Assembly: GCA_045863335.1 (NCBI GenBank)
Contig: BTVY01000039.1
Coordinates: 1-64,000 of the forward strand
Direction of reading: 5' to 3'
Length of the DNA stretch: 64,000 nucleotides
From: Candidatus Hydrogenedentota bacterium
Lineage (GTDB): Bacteria > Hydrogenedentota > Hydrogenedentia > Hydrogenedentales > SLHB01
Part shown: piece after piece, positions 28,974 to 36,510 of the stretch
Layout of the letters: every line of letters begins with the position of its first letter
How positions within the stretch are numbered: position 1 is the stretch's first letter
Program-made: the position numbers and the translations under genes
Notes under the pieces: model-generated
The model's database searches: none
What the model saw: the letters and a program-made list of their open reading frames with translations, nothing else
What the model was told of the DNA's origin: nothing

Positions 28974-29201
28974 ATGCCAACTACTCTGAAGCAGATCGAA
29001 GAGCAGGCTCGCTCGCTGAATCCCGAGGAGCGGGCGCAATTGGCGGAGTCGATGCTCGAGTCGTTGCATACCCCCGTTTCTGAAGTGGAGACCGCTTGGG
29101 CTAAGGAAATTGAACGCCGGGTTGCCGCTTTTGATCGCGGGGAGATCCCCTCGTACCCGGCCGAAGATGTGTTCGCTGACGCTCGTCGCCTGTCGCGGTG
29201 A
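28974..29201 (+). CDS. Addiction module antitoxin component (TIGR02574-like)
   Basis: L..EERAQLAE.MLESL, AWAKEIERR; GTGA overlap with the toxin. Confidence 0.88.
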   Translation: MPTTLKQIEEQARSLNPEERAQLAESMLESLHTPVSEVETAWAKEIERRVAAFDRGEIPSYPAEDVFADARRLSR

Positions 29202-29497
29202 AACGCGTACGGTTCATCGCGCCCGCCCGGCGAGAGTTCCTCAAAGAGGCCGCCTACTATAACGGCAAGGAGCCTGGACTGGGCGCTCGTTTCGCTACGG
29301 CCGTTGAAGAGGCTGCCGCTCGGGCTGTCGCTTTTCCCTTCACCGGGTCGCTGCTCTCGAAGGACATTCGGCGCGTGTTCGTCAAAGACTTCCCGTTTGC
29401 GCTCGTGTACCGACCTGACTGTGAGGAGATCGTCATCTTCGCACTGGCGCATCACTCTCGTCTGCCCGAATCCTGGCATCCGCGAGTTCAGCGTTGA
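29198..29497 (+). CDS. RelE/ParE family toxin
   Basis: ARREF..AAYY, GLGARF, RRVFVKDFPFALVY, FALAHHSR. Confidence 0.88.
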   Translation: MKRVRFIAPARREFLKEAAYYNGKEPGLGARFATAVEEAAARAVAFPFTGSLLSKDIRRVFVKDFPFALVYRPDCEEIVIFALAHHSRLPESWHPRVQR

Positions 29498-29520
29498 CAA
29501 GACTGCTGGAGCCAGAACGC

Positions 29521-29616
29521 TGGCCGTGCGGGGTCGACCCCTCCAAGCCCGGCGCGGAGCAGTACCCCGATTGGCCGGTGACGGTGCAATTGACGGACGG
29601 GTCGGTGGAGTATTGA
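29521..29616 (+). pseudogene. Direct repeat copy 2: orphan 3' end of a PhoD-like allele
   Basis: Translates WPCGVDPSKPGAEQYPDWPVTVQLTDGSVEY* versus WPRWVDPSKPGAEQYPDWPVTVHLRDGSVEY*. Confidence 0.85.
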
Positions 29617-29799
29617 ATGGTGTACCGTTCGATCTCAGCTATGGTATTTCGACGTGATGAAGTTCCATTTGTTCCGTGTGGGGTCCGATGCACGCGCTAT
29701 AATTCCGTGCTACACTGAGTCAATCAACTGGAGCGAGACTCTTCCGTTATTGATGATTGACTGCGATTCTCGTGGGAGCACATCGACTTCGCTCTGAGG

Positions 29800-30339
29800 A
29801 TGAAGGACATGACTGGCAAGGAATTCGTTAGATCCGTGGCAAACGGAAACATCGATGTTGTTCAGATCGTTTTGGACATCCTGAGCGACACGGGGTCCGG
29901 ATATTGCGTGATCGGCGGCCTCGCCGTAAATGCTTACGCTGAGCCAGTAGTGAGTCTGGACCTCGACATTGTGGTTGCGGTTGAGGACGTTGAGAAGGTG
30001 AACCGCCTGGCTCAAGAGCGGGGTTTTGCGATTGAGCGCTTTCAGCATAGTGTCAATCTGTCAATTAAAGGCTCCGACTTGCGTATTCAACTTCAAATGG
30101 ATCCTAGATACCAAAGCTTCATTCCGAATGCCGAGACCAAGAGCGTACTTGGATACGAGATGAAGGTTGCAAGACTTGGTGACGTTTTGCAAGGGAAGAT
30201 CTGGGCCTACATGGACAAAGAGCGGCGGAAGAGCAAAAGACAGAAGGATTTGTCTGACATCCTCAGGTTGTTAGAAGGCTTTCCCGACCTCGAAGAGTCT
30301 CTGCCCCAAAGCCTTCGTGATGAGCTTAATGAGGAATAG
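29800..30339 (+). CDS. Pol-beta-superfamily nucleotidyltransferase (AbiEii/DUF6036-like)
   Basis: IGGLAVNAY...SLDLDIVV, C-terminal KRQKDLSDI; lower GC. Confidence 0.75.
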   Translation: MKDMTGKEFVRSVANGNIDVVQIVLDILSDTGSGYCVIGGLAVNAYAEPVVSLDLDIVVAVEDVEKVNRLAQERGFAIERFQHSVNLSIKGSDLRIQLQMDPRYQSFIPNAETKSVLGYEMKVARLGDVLQGKIWAYMDKERRKSKRQKDLSDILRLLEGFPDLEESLPQSLRDELNEE

Positions 30340-30435
30340 TTACACCGCATTCGTCAAAGCTCAACGCGATTCAGCATTTGCCGGTTACGCTGTCCCCTGA
30401 ACCTAAAATGGCACGACTGTACGGAGGATCCGTGA

Positions 30436-30969
30436 ATGGAATGGAATTGTAGAGCGGGCCTGGTTGGATTGCTTGGCGTTGTCGTAGCCATGGGTGGGCT
30501 AGCATTCTTCGTAACAACGCGGGATGCACATGCGCAATCCAAGGTCGTACGGGGCGAGCGTTTTGAACTGGTGGATGCGTCCGGCAACGTGTTGGCGGTG
30601 CTTGGCCCGCAGCACAACGGCAGCCCGGGCCTGACGCTGTACGGCAAAGAAGGGACGCCAAGCCTGCGACTTGCCGTCAACCCGGCCGGCGGTGCGAATA
30701 TCTTCATGCTGGACCAGGAAGAACGCGCGCGGGTCAATCTGCTGGTCACGCCGGAAGGGCAACCGTTCTTCCACTTTCTCGACCAGAACGAACGAGGCCG
30801 GGCCGGGTTCGGTTTGAGTGTCGAAGGTGATCCGAAGCTGTTCCTCTGCGATGCGGAAGGCACCCCCCGTGCCACCCTCCGCGTCGCCCCAGACGGCACG
30901 CCCAGCCTCGACTACGCGGGTCCTGCGCCGGAGTATGTGCCCTCCGACGACCCCAACGAGGCGCCGTAG
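30436..30969 (+). CDS. Hypothetical exported protein with repeated L.D..G..R units
   Basis: N-terminal TM/signal; repeats FELVDASGN, FMLDQEER, FLDQNERGR, LCDAEGTPR. Confidence 0.7.
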   Translation: MEWNCRAGLVGLLGVVVAMGGLAFFVTTRDAHAQSKVVRGERFELVDASGNVLAVLGPQHNGSPGLTLYGKEGTPSLRLAVNPAGGANIFMLDQEERARVNLLVTPEGQPFFHFLDQNERGRAGFGLSVEGDPKLFLCDAEGTPRATLRVAPDGTPSLDYAGPAPEYVPSDDPNEAP

Positions 30970-30990
30970 TGACGAGAATCGCAAGCGGAA

Positions 30991-33867
30991 TTATTCGGTC
31001 ACGCCACCAATTTCGCGGACGCGTGTGACGAAGGCCTCGCTCATGGGGAAGGGTCCGGGGTACGGCAGCCATTCCGTGTGCCCGTCCATGTAGACGACCC
31101 AGCCGCCGCTCTCCTCGTGGTTGCCCGGCAATTCCCAAATGACGGGAATCTTGCTCTGCGCCTTGCCACCGGCGTTGGGGTCGTTGATGTCCGTGATCAG
31201 GAATCGCTCGATCCCTTCGCGGAGCTGAAATACCCGGGGGAGCCCTTCCTGCTGGGCCTCTTCGCTCGTATTGATATCCTGCCCGGCGACCCCTTCCGGG
31301 CCGTATGTTTCGTACGCATCCAGGAACGCCATCGCGGTAGGCTCATCGGGTACGAGATGACCCAGGTAGCAAACTTCGCCATCGTAGGAGCCGAGCAACC
31401 GGTTCAGTTCATCGCCCGTCAGCCCAGTGATGTTGCGGACCTCCGCGAAGTCCGGCATGAACGTCCCGTACTGCCGGACAAGCGCGGGATACCGGCTGCC
31501 TTGGGAGTCGGCGGCGAAGGACGTGAAGAGTTCGCTCAGTGCCGCGAGCACCGCGGTTGCGCCGTCGTGACCGGATCCCGAAGGTTCCGCAACGTTTTCC
31601 AATTGCCGGGGCGACGGCACCGGTAGCACCCACTCGATGTTCGAAACCGGCGCGGTAATGTTCATGGACGCAGTCGTGAGCGCGCCGGACTCCGCCGCTT
31701 TCAGTTGATAGTCGCCCGCCGCGACATAGAGCTGGAAGTAGCCGTCGGGTTCGGATTGCGCGTAGGCCCAGGATTCCGAGCCCGCGTCCGCGCGGACGCT
31801 GAAGAATTCGGCTGGGGTGCGGTCCGCGTAGAGGAGCATGCCGGAGACGCGGGCGTTGGCGGGGCCAAGAACCAGACGTACCGGTTCGACATCCTTGCCC
31901 AGCCGAACGTCCCGATTACGACGATAGTCCAGGGGCTGATAGCCGGGTACACGGAATTCCAGTGATGCGTCGTCCAGCTTCGGAACATGTTGAAGAACGA
32001 ACCTCCCGTCCGGACCGGACTGGGCCACAAACGATGGCCAGGACTCGCCTGCGCGAACGTTGCGCGGTTGGACGAACGCATAAATGACAAGTCCAGGCAG
32101 CGGACGGCCAGCGGCATCAACCGCCGTACCTCTAACGTTGATGGTAGGCGTATCGAGTACGAGTATAGAGTCGGCTTCCTCCCGCTCCCCCGCCCAGCAT
32201 CCCGCCATACCTGTCTCTGGATCGAGGAGACAGAACGGCCGACGCGGATCGCGTGTACGCAACTGCCCTCCCGGTAGCTCCAATAGCGCTACCGAAAGCC
32301 ACCCATCCCGTAAGAGGCCCAATTCAGCATGTTCGATGGGACGCCCTTGTGCATCGCGAACATGAAGGACCGTGGGCGCAACCGCCCGGGCGGTGAAGTC
32401 CTGAAAGACCGGCCCGGAAGCAGGTACATCGACAGACACAGGGGAATTCGAATCGATGGTGAATCCACAAGCGGGTTGGATGCGGACCAAGATATCGTAG
32501 TGTCCGGCCGGCAAGGGAAGTTCGTAATGACCGTTCGTATCCGTAAAGGTCCCAACCTGCTCGCCAGGTTCCCTGGACGCAATGATCATCGCGTCCGGGA
32601 TTCCGCGGCCGTTCGGCCCCGCCACGGTGCCCCGAAGTGAGGAAGATCCCTTGGTGGGAAGCACGATGAGTTGGTAGGTCATCTTGCCAGGCTCTAATCC
32701 GGTTTGGTCAAGTGTCAAACTGGCAGTGTTACCGTACGTGTCCGACGCAAAGAGCGTCACCTCCCGCGACCCATTCACGGTCGACAAATTGGTTAGAGTC
32801 GCGTAGCCGTCCGAGTCGGATCGCAGCGGAGGCGAGGAGGATGCAGGTTCTATGGAAACGAGCGCGCCCTCCACCGGTCTATCGTCTTGTATGACTCGAA
32901 CTCGAATGCTTGCACCTGGACGAAGGACTGGAATCAATATGATCCCCGGCGCAAGAGAGTCTAAGGCGAAGCGGGCATCGTCGCCGTGGACGCCGATCAA
33001 TGCCCCACTTCCATGGGAAATGTCCAATGGCGCCTCGAAGCTCCCGTCACTTCGCGTCACGATGGACTCTACGACTCCCGCAAAGGTCAAAGATTCTTCC
33101 GAGAATAGCCTGGCGTCGGCGATTGGATCCTCGCCAAGTGTGGCAATGTAGGCTGTCACTGGCGATTCGCGCAAGAGGCACACGCGAATCCTGTCAATAA
33201 TCGCGTCTTGCAAGGCCAGAACGGACATTCTATACCCCGGCTTCCGTATAACAAGTGAGTCCATTCGCGGCGACTTGGGAAATTCAAAGGTCCCGTCAGA
33301 TTCAGAACTCGCGACTGCCAAGACCCCACCGTCACGTGTCGGCAAGTCCTGATGTTCGAACGCTGTTACGGTCGCATCAGAAACAGGGGAACCGGCCACG
33401 TCGACGATCGTGCCGTGCAGGAGATCTGCTGGCTCCGGCAACGGCGGAGATGGCACGCCGAAAGACTGATTAGTAGGATCGGACCGCTCGGACTGATTGA
33501 GTGTTCCCGTGTCCACTCGTGGTTCGACCGGCTCAGAAGTCGGTGTACCGTTGTCTTGTACGGGTGCGGTATCGTCCGCGGTGAAATACTCGATGGCGGC
33601 CCAGGTCAATCCTCCTAGTGCTACGGCAATGATTGCGGCGGCGGCCACGCGGAGCCAACGCGGACTCTGGGTCTTCGGCGGGTCTGGCCGTTTGTACACC
33701 GTCTTCGGATAGACTTCGCGAGCGGCCATGTCGATTTCCTCCCAAAGGCTCTTCGTCGCACCGAGTTCCGGGTCGTCCAGGAGCCGTTGGGCGAACGTAG
33801 CGGACTCGTTCGGACCGAGCAGTCCGTCGAGGCTGCGCGATAGCAGTTCGTAATCACGTTCGTTCAC
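30991..33867 (-). CDS. Putative anti-sigma factor: cytoplasmic N-terminus, TM, carboxypeptidase-regulatory-like repeats, C-terminal H-X9-DG domain
   Basis: GTG start overlapping the sigma stop; LLSRSLDGLL; TM AAAAIIAVALGGL; G.V.D..G.P repeats; NHEESGGWVVYMDGH. Confidence 0.72.
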   Translation of the reverse strand: MNERDYELLSRSLDGLLGPNESATFAQRLLDDPELGATKSLWEEIDMAAREVYPKTVYKRPDPPKTQSPRWLRVAAAAIIAVALGGLTWAAIEYFTADDTAPVQDNGTPTSEPVEPRVDTGTLNQSERSDPTNQSFGVPSPPLPEPADLLHGTIVDVAGSPVSDATVTAFEHQDLPTRDGGVLAVASSESDGTFEFPKSPRMDSLVIRKPGYRMSVLALQDAIIDRIRVCLLRESPVTAYIATLGEDPIADARLFSEESLTFAGVVESIVTRSDGSFEAPLDISHGSGALIGVHGDDARFALDSLAPGIILIPVLRPGASIRVRVIQDDRPVEGALVSIEPASSSPPLRSDSDGYATLTNLSTVNGSREVTLFASDTYGNTASLTLDQTGLEPGKMTYQLIVLPTKGSSSLRGTVAGPNGRGIPDAMIIASREPGEQVGTFTDTNGHYELPLPAGHYDILVRIQPACGFTIDSNSPVSVDVPASGPVFQDFTARAVAPTVLHVRDAQGRPIEHAELGLLRDGWLSVALLELPGGQLRTRDPRRPFCLLDPETGMAGCWAGEREEADSILVLDTPTINVRGTAVDAAGRPLPGLVIYAFVQPRNVRAGESWPSFVAQSGPDGRFVLQHVPKLDDASLEFRVPGYQPLDYRRNRDVRLGKDVEPVRLVLGPANARVSGMLLYADRTPAEFFSVRADAGSESWAYAQSEPDGYFQLYVAAGDYQLKAAESGALTTASMNITAPVSNIEWVLPVPSPRQLENVAEPSGSGHDGATAVLAALSELFTSFAADSQGSRYPALVRQYGTFMPDFAEVRNITGLTGDELNRLLGSYDGEVCYLGHLVPDEPTAMAFLDAYETYGPEGVAGQDINTSEEAQQEGLPRVFQLREGIERFLITDINDPNAGGKAQSKIPVIWELPGNHEESGGWVVYMDGHTEWLPYPGPFPMSEAFVTRVREIGGVTE

Positions 33868-34403
33868 GGCCGGAACTCCTGTCGTTCCTGCTGCAATTTC
33901 CGGCGGATGCGCCACAGTTTCTGGCTGACCGCTTCCGGCGTAATCCCCAGCGTCGCGGCGATTGCGGCGTAGCTCATGTCCGCCATGTACTTCATGAGAA
34001 ACAGGTCGCGCTGGTCTTCCGGAAGCGTCGCCACGACGGATCGGAGCCGCTCCGCCAGTTCGTTTCGGCGCGCATCGATTGCCGGATTGGCTGCCGTTAC
34101 GGCATCGACGCCTTCCAGGGACGTCTCGCGCCGGATTGCCCGCTTTCGATGAATGTCGTACGCGGCATTGCGGGCGATCGTCACGAGCCACGGGCCAATC
34201 CGCCGCGGGTCATTCAACTGTCGAATCGTCCGTGCCGCGCGGGCAAAGCTCTCCTGCACGGCCTCCTCCGCGAGAGAGTGGTCGTTCAGGATGCCGTAGG
34301 CCACCGCGCCGAGGGCGCCCGCATAGCGGTCGACGACGGCCCGGGCCGACGCTTCGTCGCCGCGCTGCCAACCGCGCGCGAGCGCTTCATCCGTTGGCGC
34401 CAT
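33864..34403 (-). CDS. ECF RNA polymerase sigma-70 factor
   Basis: AEEAVQESF, WLVTIARN, LPEDQR..F, MSYAAIAATLG; SD AAGGAG. Confidence 0.9.
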   Translation of the reverse strand: MAPTDEALARGWQRGDEASARAVVDRYAGALGAVAYGILNDHSLAEEAVQESFARAARTIRQLNDPRRIGPWLVTIARNAAYDIHRKRAIRRETSLEGVDAVTAANPAIDARRNELAERLRSVVATLPEDQRDLFLMKYMADMSYAAIAATLGITPEAVSQKLWRIRRKLQQERQEFRP

Positions 34404-34532
34404 TCGCCCGAAACTCCTTGGGTTTCTATCCATAATGACGTGTGAACCGGGATCATCTTACGGTTTCGCGCGCACAACGCGCGAACGCCGCCCGCAACGT
34501 GTTATGATCGGGGGGACAGCACGTATTCGAGG

Positions 34533-34586
34533 TGCCACGGGCATCCTGCCCATGGAGTTACACGGGCGGGACGCCCATGCCCCTTG
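34533..34586. repeat. REP family B copy
   Basis: CACGGGCATCCTGCCCATGG...CACGGGCGGGACGCCCATGC. Confidence 0.7.
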
Positions 34587-34593
34587 GCCCCGC

Positions 34594-35319
34594 ATGTTGG
34601 AGTTGAATGTGCCCACAGTCGGCAAACAGGACAGACCCGCAATCACCGCGGTCGAGCACGACCCGCGGCTGAGCGCCACGTTGACCATCACGGAGATCTA
34701 CAAGTCCGTGCAGGGCGAGTCGACGTGGGCGGGCTTGCCGTGCATCTTTGTGCGATTGACCGGATGCCACCTTCGGTGTGTCTGGTGCGATACGGAATAC
34801 GCGTTTCATGGTGGTACCAAGATGAGCATCGGCGCGATTGTCGATCGCTGCGTGGAATTGGAGTGTCCTCTTGTGGAAATCACCGGCGGCGAGCCGCTGC
34901 TGCAAAAGCACTGCGGCGCCTTGGCGCAATGTTTGCTTGATCGCGGCATGACCGTGTTGTGCGAGACGAGCGGCGCATTGCCTATCGACCGGCTGCCGGC
35001 GGACGTCATCAAGATCATGGATCTCAAATGCCCCGACAGCGGCGAATGCGACAAGAACGACTGGTCCAACATCGAGCGCTTATCGCCGCGCGACGAAGTG
35101 AAGTTCGTCATCGCGGGACGGCGAGACTATGAATGGAGCCGGGACGTGGCGCGCGAGCACGACCTGCCATCGCGCTGCCACGCAGTCCTGTTTTCGCCGG
35201 TGTTCGGGTCCGTTGACCCGAAAGATATCGTGAAGTGGATATTGGAAGACCAACTCGAGGTGCGTTTTCAATTGCAGATGCATAAGTTCATCTGGCCGGC
35301 GGACCAGAAGGGGGTGTAG
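34594..35319 (+). CDS. queE: 7-carboxy-7-deazaguanine synthase (radical SAM)
   Basis: EIYKSVQGES, CHLRCVWCDT, TGGEP, QMHKFIW; start uncertain. Confidence 0.92.
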   Translation: MLELNVPTVGKQDRPAITAVEHDPRLSATLTITEIYKSVQGESTWAGLPCIFVRLTGCHLRCVWCDTEYAFHGGTKMSIGAIVDRCVELECPLVEITGGEPLLQKHCGALAQCLLDRGMTVLCETSGALPIDRLPADVIKIMDLKCPDSGECDKNDWSNIERLSPRDEVKFVIAGRRDYEWSRDVAREHDLPSRCHAVLFSPVFGSVDPKDIVKWILEDQLEVRFQLQMHKFIWPADQKGV

Positions 35320-36018
35320 TTGAAGGTCGACCTCATCAAATCGTTTCAGTTCGAGGCGGCCCACACGTCACTGGCGCCAAAAGGCGACACTCCAAACCTG
35401 CACGGCCACAGCTACCGCGTCGACATCCATGTGTGCGGGGAATGCGATCCGCATTTAGGCTGGCTGGTCGACTACGGCGATATCTCGAAACGATTCGACC
35501 CATTGTTCCGGCAGCTTGACCACTTCACCTTGGAAGATGTGGCCGGCATGAGCGACACTTCGGTCGGCGGTATCCGAACGTGGATCACCGAACGGCTGGA
35601 GTTGGACGTCCCCGGTACGCTTGATGTGCACGTGTGCATCGTGGGCGACTGCGCGTATCACGCGGCGCCCGTACCGGCGGACGCGGTATACGATTTGCCG
35701 CCGCGCATTCGGTTTGGTTTTGAGGCGGCGCACGCCCTTCCCATGCTGCCCGACACCCACAAGTGCAAACGGATGCACGGGCATAGTTTTCTCGTCGAGG
35801 TCGGCGCACTGGAAACCTTGCGGTTGGCGGAGCAACTTCCGGAGATTTACCGGCGGTTGGACCATACCTGCTTGAACGAGATCGAGGGATTGTCCAATCC
35901 CACGTCGGAACAGGTCGCGCGGTGGATCTGGAATGTCCTGAATCCGAAGGTGCCTGACCTGTCAGCGATTGTGGTGGCGGAAACCTGCACGGCGCGCTGC
36001 ATCTATCGCGGCGAATGA
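35320..36018 (+). CDS. queD: 6-carboxytetrahydropterin synthase with tandem T-fold domains
   Basis: FEAAH...HGHS...LDH twice; NPTSE and ET in the second domain. Confidence 0.85.
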   Translation: MKVDLIKSFQFEAAHTSLAPKGDTPNLHGHSYRVDIHVCGECDPHLGWLVDYGDISKRFDPLFRQLDHFTLEDVAGMSDTSVGGIRTWITERLELDVPGTLDVHVCIVGDCAYHAAPVPADAVYDLPPRIRFGFEAAHALPMLPDTHKCKRMHGHSFLVEVGALETLRLAEQLPEIYRRLDHTCLNEIEGLSNPTSEQVARWIWNVLNPKVPDLSAIVVAETCTARCIYRGE

Positions 36019-36036
36019 ATTCTTTGGAGGAATTGA

Positions 36037-36477
36037 ATGACCGACCAACCAGCAAACCCGGTGCGGCAGCAGTTTCAGGCGCATGACAAGACGTTGCCAT
36101 TCAAGGGACCGGAAGCCATCGACGCGGCGTGCCTGGAGTGTTTCGAATACGATTACGCTGACAAACCCGTCGGCGAGCCCATGGAGATCGTGACGACGAC
36201 CGACGAGTTTACGTCGGTGTGTCCCTTCTCGGGCCTGCCCGATTTCGCGCGCGTCACGATCGCCTATACACCGGGGCGGTACTGTCTGGAATTGCGATCG
36301 CTGAAGTACTACCTCACCTCGTACCGCGACGTGGGCATCTGGTACGAGCATCTCGTGAATCGCATGCTGGAGGATTTGGTAGAGGCATGCCGGCCCCGGC
36401 ACATGAAGATCGTCATCGCCTGCAATCCCCGCGGCGGTTTGGCGAGCACCGTAACGGCAGAGTATCGGGAATCGTAG
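36037..36477 (+). CDS. queF: PreQ0 reductase (unimodular)
   Basis: EFTSVCPFSGLPDFA, ELRSLKYYL, PRGG. Confidence 0.93.
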   Translation: MTDQPANPVRQQFQAHDKTLPFKGPEAIDAACLECFEYDYADKPVGEPMEIVTTTDEFTSVCPFSGLPDFARVTIAYTPGRYCLELRSLKYYLTSYRDVGIWYEHLVNRMLEDLVEACRPRHMKIVIACNPRGGLASTVTAEYRES

Positions 36478-36510
36478 GCCCCATCCACGGAGAGGGAGCA
36501 ATCATAGCGA

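Noticed and set aside
28748-29616. DGR template/variable repeat pair
   Set aside because: The mismatches are not adenine-specific and no reverse transcriptase is in the window.
33868-34191. N-terminal extension of the 1066-aa ORF
   Set aside because: It overlaps the sigma gene in another frame; the GTG at 33867 coupled to the sigma stop is more plausible.
34404-34593. preQ1 riboswitch upstream of queE
   Set aside because: No preQ1 hairpin with an A-rich tail; the structure present is a REP element.
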